Shown in pieces: positions 16,637 to 25,251 of a stretch of DNA of 64,000 nucleotides; the stretch's first letter is position 1; every line of letters starts with the position of its first letter. The DNA is taken from IMG/VR virus record IMGVR_UViG_3300009108_000751, positions 1 through 64,000 of that record. One strand, given 5' to 3'. Below the pieces are notes generated by a model. That model had not been told where the DNA came from and did not search any database. It saw only the letters and a list, made by a program, of their open reading frames with translations. Both the position numbers and the translations under genes were made by a program.

Positions 16637-16942
16637 ATGACGTTGAATAACATTGACACCCAGTTCGCGGTAGCTCGATCAGAGATCCGTGCCCTGATGA
16701 AGCACGTCAACCCCAACACCACCGTAGGTGGCCAGGCCTGTGACGCCTTGCAAGGTATGATCGATGCGCTGGACTCCATCCAGAACGATAGCTATAAGAG
16801 CTCTGACAGCTTTCATCGCTACCCGCTAGATGTTAGAGATCGGCCTCTGCATGCGGATGACGAACCCACCAATCCTAACTTCCGGGCTTTCAAGGACCTG
16901 GAAGACGACGAGGAAATGCGGCAGACCGAAAGGTTGTGCTAG
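16637..16942 (+). CDS. hypothetical protein
   Basis: Leader ending AAGATAAGGAGTTAGAGATG, same as at 16314; ATG 16637. Confidence 0.65.
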   Translation: MTLNNIDTQFAVARSEIRALMKHVNPNTTVGGQACDALQGMIDALDSIQNDSYKSSDSFHRYPLDVRDRPLHADDEPTNPNFRAFKDLEDDEEMRQTERLC

Positions 16943-16947
16943 CACCG

Positions 16948-16976
16948 GTGTAACTCGGCGAGCTACCGGTTATAAT
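16948..16976 (+). promoter_or_regulatory. GTGTAA-N17-TATAAT promoter
   Basis: GTGTAA 16948-16953, TATAAT 16971-16976. Confidence 0.8.
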
Positions 16977-17020
16977 AAAGACGTAATAAGCCAAACAACA
17001 TACCTGGGGAGGTAACAAAC

Positions 17021-17437
17021 ATGGCAAACGCAGAACGCAAAACTTGGATCCACGGATTCTTCCAAAACACATTCAACGCTGAGACTGGCAACTGGCAGCT
17101 CCGTGATAGCCGTAACGAGGCTCTGATCGCAGAAGGTCCCAAGGCCGCTAAGATCGGCAAGCTCGGTGCAGCTATGACCAAGACTGAGAAGGCGTGGGAC
17201 AAGCTCCGCAACCTGGAACGTCAGATGGAACTGGCGCAGCGCGCTTACAGCAAAGCTCACCGCGTGATGTTGGACCTCCAGCTAGACATCGACATGGAAG
17301 AGGCATCTCGGGCTAGCGTGGAAGGACTTCGCGAAGAGACTCGCAAGAGCCTCCTCCGCATCGCTAAGCGACGCAACATCGTTGGCCGTCACAATCTTAC
17401 CAAGGAAGAACTGGTCAATGCGCTAAGTATCGACTAA
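17021..17437 (+). CDS. coiled-coil protein with C-terminal Rho-N/HeH-like motif
   Basis: LLRIAKRRNIVGRHNLTKEELVNAL resembles the Rho termination factor N-terminal HeH. Confidence 0.6.
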   Translation: MANAERKTWIHGFFQNTFNAETGNWQLRDSRNEALIAEGPKAAKIGKLGAAMTKTEKAWDKLRNLERQMELAQRAYSKAHRVMLDLQLDIDMEEASRASVEGLREETRKSLLRIAKRRNIVGRHNLTKEELVNALSID

Positions 17438-17443
17438 GACATC

Positions 17444-17709
17444 ATGGACAGACTAGAGGCAATACTCTTCGTCGTGCTAGGCATCACCGCTTCGGTGGTG
17501 CTTGGCATATTGGGCGAGGCGGTAGAAGAAAGAGTAAGAACCTGGTTGAGAGATCGGAAGTACGGAGATAAGAAGTGATGAGAAAGATCGCGGCGAAGAT
17601 CCTATTCCTACTAGCGAGAGTGTTCCTCAGTAGGGGGATGCTAGTGGGACAGTGGTGCCAGAACAAGGCCATACTCCTGCTCAGCGGTGTAAGTGCGCAT
17701 CGCGAGTGA
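17444..17709 (+). CDS. two small ORFs (17444-17578 membrane peptide; 17578-17709)
   Basis: TGATG coupling; hydrophobic segments. Confidence 0.4.
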
Positions 17710-17715
17710 TATAAT
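17687..17715 (+). promoter_or_regulatory. GTGTAA-N17-TATAAT promoter (last copy seen)
   Basis: GTGTAA 17687-17692, TATAAT 17710-17715. Confidence 0.8.
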
Positions 17716-17730
17716 GTCAGCGAATAGGAG

Positions 17731-17922
17731 ATGATCATGGAAGGCTTGTGGCTCTTAGCTGGATTCTTCGTGGTGTGGTTCGTGGTGGCGTTCTTACGGT
17801 CGTTCATCGTGTACGCGTGGAAGAACACGGTCAAGGTGTTCGGCGTGGTCGTGGGCATGTTCGGTGTCCTGGCCCTAGGTGTCGGTGTTGCCGCACTGGT
17901 CGCCGTACTGGTCTTAGCCTAG
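17731..17922 (+). CDS. two-helix membrane protein
   Basis: SD AGGAG; almost entirely hydrophobic. Confidence 0.6.
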   Translation: MIMEGLWLLAGFFVVWFVVAFLRSFIVYAWKNTVKVFGVVVGMFGVLALGVGVAALVAVLVLA

Positions 17923-17940
17923 TTCCTGCAGAGGGTACTA

Positions 17941-18150
17941 CGCAGGGGGCCTGGACGCAGGGCGCTAGGGGCGCCGGGCCCTTAGGGGGCTAGGCGCAGG
18001 GGGCCCCCGCAAACTGTGTAGGGGGTACCCGGGGTGGGCTTGGCCTAAGTCTAGACTCACTCTGCTCCAGAATTTTCCGGGAACTTTTTTCAATACTAAA
18101 AAGCCCATTTTCACAAAAATCTCTTCGAGAAAATTTTCGAAAACTTTTTC
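17941..18150. repeat. non-coding G-tract block followed by phased A/T tracts
   Basis: Nine G>=3 runs at 17945-18038 (CGCAGGGGGCC twice), then A/T tracts at 18071-18149. Confidence 0.75.
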
Positions 18151-18213
18151 ATGCCCGACATTCGCACGGTACAATTATTATAATTAAGCACATGTACTAG
18201 CAGGAGACATGTA

Positions 18214-18969
18214 ATGTACGATCTAAGAAAACCAGACGGTACCGGTCGGTTCACCTCAGTCGATGAAGCGATGCGTCACGCCCGGTGGGCGTTCCACTGC
18301 GCTAAGAAAGAACAAAGCAGCATCCCTCTCGATCCCACAAATGAAGCGATCCAGCTCTTGAGCCTTCACGGTATGTCAGGATACATGTACCGTCACTTGC
18401 TCAATAACTTGTGTTCTAGGCAGGGAATCACTTACGGGGAGGTAGGTACGTGGAACGGAAGCACCTGGCTCTCAGCGATCTACAATAATCCGCATATCAC
18501 AGCGTGGACATGCGATAACTGGAGTGAGTTCGGTGGGCCTCAGGCGCAGTTTATTGAGAACTACAAGGTAGTTGGCCGATGGAAAGGCCAGGCAGATATT
18601 TTCAAGAACTCAAATCACAACTCACATGAAGAAGATTTCAGAAAGCTAGATTTCGGCATACATGGCCCAATCGACATCTACTTCTTTGATGGGCCGCACA
18701 GCCGAGAAGACCAGAAGGATGGTATCGTCTTAGCGTGGGACGCTCTGGCGCCCATTTCTATCGTCTTAGTCGATGACTGGAACTTGCAGAAGGCGCGCGA
18801 CGGCACATATATGGCATTTGATCAGGTAGGCGCTAACATTCACATGCAAGTCGAGGTTCACACGCCCCCAGACGGGTGGGTCGCATGCGATTGGTCTAAA
18901 CAGACCAAGACAAGATTCGAAACGTCTGAATGGCACAACGGCGCAGCGCTGTTCGTAATCTCTAAGTAG
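18214..18969 (+). CDS. class I SAM-dependent methyltransferase (Methyltransf_24-like)
   Basis: YGEVGTWNGS, DIYFFDGPH, VLVDDWN; SD AGGAG. Confidence 0.7.
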   Translation: MYDLRKPDGTGRFTSVDEAMRHARWAFHCAKKEQSSIPLDPTNEAIQLLSLHGMSGYMYRHLLNNLCSRQGITYGEVGTWNGSTWLSAIYNNPHITAWTCDNWSEFGGPQAQFIENYKVVGRWKGQADIFKNSNHNSHEEDFRKLDFGIHGPIDIYFFDGPHSREDQKDGIVLAWDALAPISIVLVDDWNLQKARDGTYMAFDQVGANIHMQVEVHTPPDGWVACDWSKQTKTRFETSEWHNGAALFVISK

Positions 18970-19558
18970 CACACACCGCTAGACACGCGAGACACAGCCC
19001 GAACACCAGTGTATTCACTACCCTCTCCTCAGTGCGCCTTAAGGCTCGCTTAGTACGGCGCTTCCATCGCCTTCTGCTCTTCTTCGTCGTGATTCTAAAC
19101 ATCCATGAGAACAGCTGCCAGAGTCCCGAGGTTGCTGCGCATATGCAGCGCCAGACCCAATCCACTAAAACCATCATCCCTTGACCGAATGATTCTACGT
19201 GAGAAGGGTCTAACGCGCGCAAGTGTCGAGTGATCTCCGCGGGAGTCGTACGAAACCACTCTTTGCCGGGAACATCCGTTATATGCCTACTCTTCAGTCT
19301 GCTATGCAAGGAGCGCTCTAATAGGGAGGCGTGTTCGCATGAGATCTCCAATAGGAGGATGGGGGTTTCCGCGTTAGACGCCCCGAGCTGCTGCGCTATC
19401 CTACGCTCCGCACTGCCTGCGCGCGTCATGCCCACCTTGATCGGATAGGGACCGGCTGCGCGTTGATACGAGGAGAATGTGTAAGCGTACACCCGTTCGC
19501 TCCCGCGACCCATGCGCCTCGCGCCCTCTGTGATGACTCTGCGTTTCTTTTTTGCCAT
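18962..19558 (-). CDS. GIY-YIG family (T5orf172/MUG113-like) protein with hydrophobic C-terminus
   Basis: VYAY...IKVGMT...RRIAQ...LERSLHSRL...GKEWF. Confidence 0.7.
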   Translation of the reverse strand: MAKKKRRVITEGARRMGRGSERVYAYTFSSYQRAAGPYPIKVGMTRAGSAERRIAQQLGASNAETPILLLEISCEHASLLERSLHSRLKSRHITDVPGKEWFRTTPAEITRHLRALDPSHVESFGQGMMVLVDWVWRCICAATSGLWQLFSWMFRITTKKSRRRWKRRTKRALRRTEERVVNTLVFGLCLACLAVCAT

Positions 19559-19849
19559 GACTATATCTTACTGTGAGGGTGGACCGTTGTTTTAGCCTGA
19601 GAGGGGGTCTGAGAGGGTTGAGATTGGTTCGGGTTTGATTTAATGGGATGATTTGGGTGTATACGAAGCCCCTATAAAAAAATGTCTTTAAAAGTTACCG
19701 GGCGAGATCGGCATAAGATTTGACAAAATCTTTGAGATCTGACTGGTTTCCTCTCTCATCTAAAGATTGTATAATAATAGCAGCCTTTTTGCATATTTAA
19801 AATATGAAAACCTGCACTTTTCAAGTGCGCGTCGCCCAAGGGATTTAAA

Positions 19850-20833
19850 ATGAAGATAAATGAAGTAGGCCTCCGAGCTATTATTGAAGAAGAACTCAAA
19901 GCTTTCAAAGATCGAAAAAACGTCGCCAACTCGAAACATCCTTCGGATGTGGAACCTGTTGAAGATCCAAATGTTAATGGAATACTCTCAGATGATTTTG
20001 AGCATGTCCCGGAAGATGTCCCCGCAGATGTTGAAAAACCGCAGGCGCGCGTCCAAGACTTGACACCGATCGTTAAAGAGCGCCGATACAGCCTTCGTGC
20101 CTTATTGGAACAGGATCAAGGTGTTACCGCAGAAGATGATCTAGATGGGTGGGCCAAGCAGCCAAAAAATGCTAAAATAGTCCAGGCATGGGCGGATGTC
20201 TTTAAAACAGCAGGAACTACGAAATCAGGAACTGACGATCAGCGCCATGAAACACATAAAATCTTAGCTGCCGTAATGGGACATCCAAAAATAGGTAAAG
20301 ACGAGGATCTAACTACTGTTATGCACAAAATCCAACGGTGGTACCCAGGGCAAGAACGCGGTGAGGTTGAGATAGGTTATGACTTTGATGAGCTTATTGC
20401 CGGCATTCAGAATGCAGCTACATATGCTGGGTATGCTACGGGCGGTAGAGATTCTGCAGGTGAAGTTGATATCAATGAAGCACGTTTTGCAGGCGGGCTT
20501 GGCTTTTCTAACGGTGGCATTTCAGAAGCACATTGTGGATGTGGTGCACCAGATATGAGTATGTCTCACGTCCCATCAGACCACGTTGTAATGGATCTTG
20601 CGGCCGCGGCCAAAGAAGATGAAGAAGTTCGCGATCTAGATCATAGCGATGACGAAGGATCAATGGCTCGATCTCAGTTACGACGTTCTGCTAAATACTC
20701 CCAGAAACTCGAACACATGATTCGTGAATCCGATGACCTTCCTGAGTGGGTTGAGTCCAAGATTACTAAAGCCTCGGACTATCTCGGTTCTGTATATCAC
20801 TACTTGGATTATGAGATCAACGGGAAAAAATAA
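19850..20833 (+). CDS. acidic probable virion/head protein
   Basis: N-terminal MKINEVGLRAIIEEE; C-terminal EGSMARSQL...LPEWVESKITKASDY module recognised from large T4-like phages. Confidence 0.6.
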   Translation: MKINEVGLRAIIEEELKAFKDRKNVANSKHPSDVEPVEDPNVNGILSDDFEHVPEDVPADVEKPQARVQDLTPIVKERRYSLRALLEQDQGVTAEDDLDGWAKQPKNAKIVQAWADVFKTAGTTKSGTDDQRHETHKILAAVMGHPKIGKDEDLTTVMHKIQRWYPGQERGEVEIGYDFDELIAGIQNAATYAGYATGGRDSAGEVDINEARFAGGLGFSNGGISEAHCGCGAPDMSMSHVPSDHVVMDLAAAAKEDEEVRDLDHSDDEGSMARSQLRRSAKYSQKLEHMIRESDDLPEWVESKITKASDYLGSVYHYLDYEINGKK

Positions 20834-20835
20834 GC

Positions 20836-22575
20836 ATGAAGGTTTCTCTCTCCTCTCTTAATACCCTCCTCGAGCAGGTTGAGGAAAAAAACGATATCAT
20901 ACTTTCTGCAGACCGCGGAGATTTCCAGGATGTTATGAAGGGTGATCCCTTTGACTACGAGTATAGCCCGGAGAAAGATAATTTTACAGTTATCGGCCTT
21001 AATAGCAAGCGTGAAAGACTAAGTGATAAAAAAGTTGATCGCCTGGAGAAGGCTGTCGGGAAAAGCTTTGATTCTTCATCTAAAGCTTACCAGACTTTAT
21101 TTAAAAGGATGTCAAAAAAGAAGCCGTCAGGAGCAGTAAAATCATCTGCCGATAAAGATGAAAGAGCCAGAGCCCTTAGCAGACATACGTCTAAATCTGT
21201 AAATGACAGACTTAGATCTCTTAACAGCGAGACAGATCCTGACTTTTTAAAAGCAGAAGCTAAGCGCCTTATATCAGGTACAGGAGTAGAGACTGCGGTC
21301 AAAAAACTTTACTTAAATGCTCTCACATCAAAGGCATGGTTTAATGACTTTAAAAGTGAGTCTCAAAAGGGATTTGATTCGTATAAAGGTGAGCTCAGCT
21401 GGAAGTCGACCGTGATGAAAGTAAAGATAGGAATCGTCTTAACTTTGTGGTTTATAGTCATGGCCGGCGCCTTTGTCCTTAGTGGTGGTACGACTGCTAA
21501 GGCGATGCCGGCTGCAGCTGTTTGGCTGTTCGAGATTTTACTGACCGCTTCCGATATGATTGCCGTTGAGGAGGCTGAGTCTTTATTGCAATCTTGGGAT
21601 TCTGATGAATTTCAAGATTTCGGATTAGCACTATATCCTCTTTTTCTTCTTCCGGAAGTAAAAACTCGCAAAGATCTAAGAAGGCAAGTTGCGAACCTGA
21701 TTGGAGATGACATTCTCCAGCCTTTCGCTTATATTGAATCACCTAGTTTATTCGCAGCGTCGGGTACCGGTTCTTACGAGAAAGAATCAGATGCTACTAT
21801 TCTCTACGATGAGATGGATGGCTTTACCTCAAAGGGAGCTTGGGGAGTTGAAGGTTCTTCCGGAGAAGCTATTGTAGCAGATATCATAAAAAGACGTTCT
21901 GGAAAGCTAGGTGGAAAAAACGACTTGCACAAGCTCTATGACGAGTTCAGCAAGGCCGTAGAGAAGAGAGAAGGACCTCGGGTTCCTGAGCGCCGCGGGG
22001 ATACTATATACTATCACGATCTTATCGACTGGATAGAGGATGAGACTAAGGGTCTTTGGGGCGGTACTCAGTTTGGTGGTGAAGGAAAACTACAAAACGT
22101 TGCCGGGATGGTTCGAAAAGCCCTTAGAGATAATAAAAAAGAAAGATACTCGCCGGGAACGATTCCGGGAGAAACATCCGATGATGCTGCCACGCTTTAC
22201 ACAGCAATGGCAGGAGAAGATATACAGCTTATACCTGGATGGCTTGAAGCTTGGGGCACAGATGAAGATGCCATCGATGGAGTGCTAGATCGTCGAAAAA
22301 GTGATATTCCTGAGCTCTATGCAGAGTTTAATACTTACCTTGCCAGAAAGGGTGAAGCCGATGATGGCGACTTGATTGACTGGCTAAAAGGTGAAGGTGA
22401 GACAAGGTCTGCACAGATAGTTATTAAAGCTCTCAAAGACGAGGGCATGGAAAGATATAAACCTGGTGAACGCCGAAAGTCATCAAAGAGAGATTCTGAA
22501 CGCCGAAATGCATTGCGAACATTGACCCCTGCTGAATTAGATGACTTCAGGGACACCGGGGACGGAGATACATAA
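20836..22575 (+). CDS. probable internal virion protein with hydrophobic hairpin and two annexin-like repeats
   Basis: LYTAMAG...WGTDEDAIDGVL..R...DLIDWLKGE resembles the annexin repeat consensus. Confidence 0.55.
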   Translation: MKVSLSSLNTLLEQVEEKNDIILSADRGDFQDVMKGDPFDYEYSPEKDNFTVIGLNSKRERLSDKKVDRLEKAVGKSFDSSSKAYQTLFKRMSKKKPSGAVKSSADKDERARALSRHTSKSVNDRLRSLNSETDPDFLKAEAKRLISGTGVETAVKKLYLNALTSKAWFNDFKSESQKGFDSYKGELSWKSTVMKVKIGIVLTLWFIVMAGAFVLSGGTTAKAMPAAAVWLFEILLTASDMIAVEEAESLLQSWDSDEFQDFGLALYPLFLLPEVKTRKDLRRQVANLIGDDILQPFAYIESPSLFAASGTGSYEKESDATILYDEMDGFTSKGAWGVEGSSGEAIVADIIKRRSGKLGGKNDLHKLYDEFSKAVEKREGPRVPERRGDTIYYHDLIDWIEDETKGLWGGTQFGGEGKLQNVAGMVRKALRDNKKERYSPGTIPGETSDDAATLYTAMAGEDIQLIPGWLEAWGTDEDAIDGVLDRRKSDIPELYAEFNTYLARKGEADDGDLIDWLKGEGETRSAQIVIKALKDEGMERYKPGERRKSSKRDSERRNALRTLTPAELDDFRDTGDGDT

Positions 22576-24837
22576 ATGAAAATAAAACTAAATCTTAGCT
22601 CGCTGAATGAAGAACTAGAAACAAGCAAAGACCCACTTAACGAGGTACTAAGGCAATTAGGCAGCTTTTGGAAGCACCTCTCTACGGCTGGTAAATTAGT
22701 AAGACTTGACGACTTTGCAGACGTGGTTAGTAGATCAAGAAGAGTACTCGATAATCTTGAACTACCTAGAAAATTGGCCGCGGCAGGACTTGACAGTAAA
22801 GTCATTTTTAGAAATATTTTTGATTCTAACCCACAGCTTGAAAAACAAATGAATGAAGTTATTGCATCTGTTGTGGATCAACTAAGAAGAGGAGAAGCTG
22901 TCCCTCTCGGGGATGGAAGAACTTCTACAGGAGCTGCACGGATCTCTTTTGACGGAAGCGTAGATTTCCCGGAAGGCCTAATTGATGCTTCTGGAAAGCC
23001 TATTCCTAGCGGCCCTACCCCCATTAAAATTTACATGGCAATCGACAAAGACGGAGTTATTGAGGGATCTGCAGGTATCGGTGCAACAGGACGACGTCGT
23101 TCAATGAAGTCGTGGAAAGAAAGCGGAGGAAAAGCAAGTTCGGGTACCCGGGCGGCAACCCGAAGAGGTGCTGATGCTGCCGACCAGACCTCTTCCCTAC
23201 ACCCCGAGGATCTAAAGTGGTTGGAGGAGAATAACATCGATAATGCGTCTGCGAGAGAGTTCTATGAAAAGAAGGTGCTTAGTATCAGAACGACAATTGC
23301 ATCGGACCCGGCGGCCGCCGAGGTTTTGATTCCTTATTTGGAAGCAATTCAAACAATTGTTAAAAGAATACAAGATGGCAATGTGGTGGTTCTAAACGCA
23401 GATCAGACCAAGAAGATCTTCAACAAGATGGAAAACAAGATAGTTCAAGCAGCCGAAGATGCTGGCAAGATTAAGCCTGGTGAAGAATTATATCTTCCTC
23501 TAGTAGATGAGGCCGGAAGGGTAGTCATTAATCAAGATGGGCAAACGGCGATCATTGTCTTGGGAGAGGGTGAAACCGTTTATGCAACTGGTAGAGTAGC
23601 AGATATTAGATACACTAAGTCGGGACAGTCCAGGCTCTCAGGAGGAGGAGAGCTGAACGTGCTCAAGCTAGCTGACGAGCTCGGGGAGATGGTACAGGCT
23701 ATGGAAAACCTTAATAATGCTAACAGAACTTTTTATCAAGCGTGGAAAAGATTTCAAGAACGATGGGAAGCGGCCGGAGACGACAGGTGGCGTAAATTTG
23801 ATATTCTTCTTAAATGGAGGGAGGAGGCCTGGGAAGGGTATAAGAATATTTTTAATCAAGAGTTTAAATTATGGATGGTACCCTGGGCAGATGATGCAAT
23901 CAAGTTCAGTGATCTACCTGCCTGGAAGAAAGCTATGGCCGGTGTTGATTTCTTTGGCGGGTTTGGTGGGACAAAGATGTTCGCGGCTGGGTTGACCTCG
24001 ATCCTACGATCATCAGGAAAAGTGTCCAGATCTTATGGGTTAGGTGCATCAAGAAGTGCTGCAAAGCTATTTCTAGTGATACAGGGTAGCTACTACGCGA
24101 TGATGACTTTCTGGATTATAACGTACATCTTGTCAGACAGCCTCGAGGAAGAGAGAAAAAACTATGAATTTGTCATGAATCCTCCGGAGGGTGCTGATGC
24201 TCGAAAACTTCTAATTGAGTACCTCCATAGCCTAACGGATTTTTATAAAAAACATAATGAGGTCATGCCAAAATGGAATGTGGATATGTCTCTACAGCAA
24301 CTTCGATATGCTGTCAAAGAAACTCATAAAAATTATTTAAAGATTGTTGAGGATAAGTCCGGGGCTTCTCCAGCGGAAATATATTCCTTTCACCAAAATG
24401 TTGGTATTCCATTAATTCCTGATAGTGTCTGGGATTTGGTAGAGAATTATTATGGTGATGTTGAAAATATTGCTGATCTTTCTCCTGAAGATCGAAAGAT
24501 AGCTAATGATGAACATCGGGAAGCAGGAAGCGCTCTTGATAAAATCCAGCAAACTTCTGATGATGCTCTCGAAAAGGTTCGAGGGCTAGGGGTGGATTTC
24601 GGTGTAGGAAAAGAAAAGGCAAAGAGGGGTCAGAAACCTAGGCCTAAGATTGATCCTAAAGCTAAAACACCAACACAGGGAACACCAAGCGATCCGGGCA
24701 CACAGGATAGCTCTTTAGGAGATCTATCTGGGATTGATGATTCCCTTTTTGAAATCTTTAACACTGGAAAACCTATAAGTATTAAAGTTAAAAGCTCCTC
24801 GCCGCGGGTGAGAGTTAATATTACGGAGAAGAAGTAA
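22576..24837 (+). CDS. large hypothetical protein, probable virion/ejected protein
   Basis: 753 aa, MKIKLNLSSLNEE N-terminus, internal hydrophobic helices. Confidence 0.6.
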   Translation: MKIKLNLSSLNEELETSKDPLNEVLRQLGSFWKHLSTAGKLVRLDDFADVVSRSRRVLDNLELPRKLAAAGLDSKVIFRNIFDSNPQLEKQMNEVIASVVDQLRRGEAVPLGDGRTSTGAARISFDGSVDFPEGLIDASGKPIPSGPTPIKIYMAIDKDGVIEGSAGIGATGRRRSMKSWKESGGKASSGTRAATRRGADAADQTSSLHPEDLKWLEENNIDNASAREFYEKKVLSIRTTIASDPAAAEVLIPYLEAIQTIVKRIQDGNVVVLNADQTKKIFNKMENKIVQAAEDAGKIKPGEELYLPLVDEAGRVVINQDGQTAIIVLGEGETVYATGRVADIRYTKSGQSRLSGGGELNVLKLADELGEMVQAMENLNNANRTFYQAWKRFQERWEAAGDDRWRKFDILLKWREEAWEGYKNIFNQEFKLWMVPWADDAIKFSDLPAWKKAMAGVDFFGGFGGTKMFAAGLTSILRSSGKVSRSYGLGASRSAAKLFLVIQGSYYAMMTFWIITYILSDSLEEERKNYEFVMNPPEGADARKLLIEYLHSLTDFYKKHNEVMPKWNVDMSLQQLRYAVKETHKNYLKIVEDKSGASPAEIYSFHQNVGIPLIPDSVWDLVENYYGDVENIADLSPEDRKIANDEHREAGSALDKIQQTSDDALEKVRGLGVDFGVGKEKAKRGQKPRPKIDPKAKTPTQGTPSDPGTQDSSLGDLSGIDDSLFEIFNTGKPISIKVKSSSPRVRVNITEKK

Positions 24838-25196
24838 TGAAGATCAATGCGACACAACTGAGGAAGATTATCCTCCAAGAGATGTGCGATATGCACCGCC
24901 AACATGACACACATGATCAAGGTCATGAAGATTTAATGTCTGCAGTAATGGTCGCTGCTGGTGATTGCCCAATCAAGGCCAGAGCTCTTCTTCAAAGAAT
25001 GCTGCAGCATGTTGAACCCAGGGCTCATGAGAAAGAAGCGGGTATGCGTCAAGATATCCCTAATCCTGCAACTTCTGGTGAAATTCCTCGAGGTGAAAGA
25101 CTGATGGGTGACGATGCTTACATGGAGCAAAAGAAACCTACTGCAGTTGATGGACCAGGATTCTCTAAGGGCATATTTGGCCCTGGATTTAGATAA
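24837..25196 (+). CDS. probable internal head protein
   Basis: MKINATQLRKIILQE N-terminus; TAATG coupling. Confidence 0.55.
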   Translation: MKINATQLRKIILQEMCDMHRQHDTHDQGHEDLMSAVMVAAGDCPIKARALLQRMLQHVEPRAHEKEAGMRQDIPNPATSGEIPRGERLMGDDAYMEQKKPTAVDGPGFSKGIFGPGFR

Positions 25197-25251
25197 AAAA
25201 ATTATACGTTCTCTCTTTTCTCTGTAATTATAAAATAAGAGAGAATGAGCC

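Noticed and set aside
860-17715. Resemblance of GTGTAAC-N15-GTTATAA to integron attC cores (RYYYAAC...GTTRRRY) with stops in the TAA
   Set aside because: Only 6 of 21 copies have both TAAC and GTTA, with no covariation; 29 bp is far shorter than attC; there are no L boxes and no integrase in the window. Fixed 17-bp spacing to TATAAT fits a promoter.
19720-19775. Canonical TTGACA (19720) and TATAAT (19770)
   Set aside because: 44 bp apart, so they are not one sigma70 promoter.
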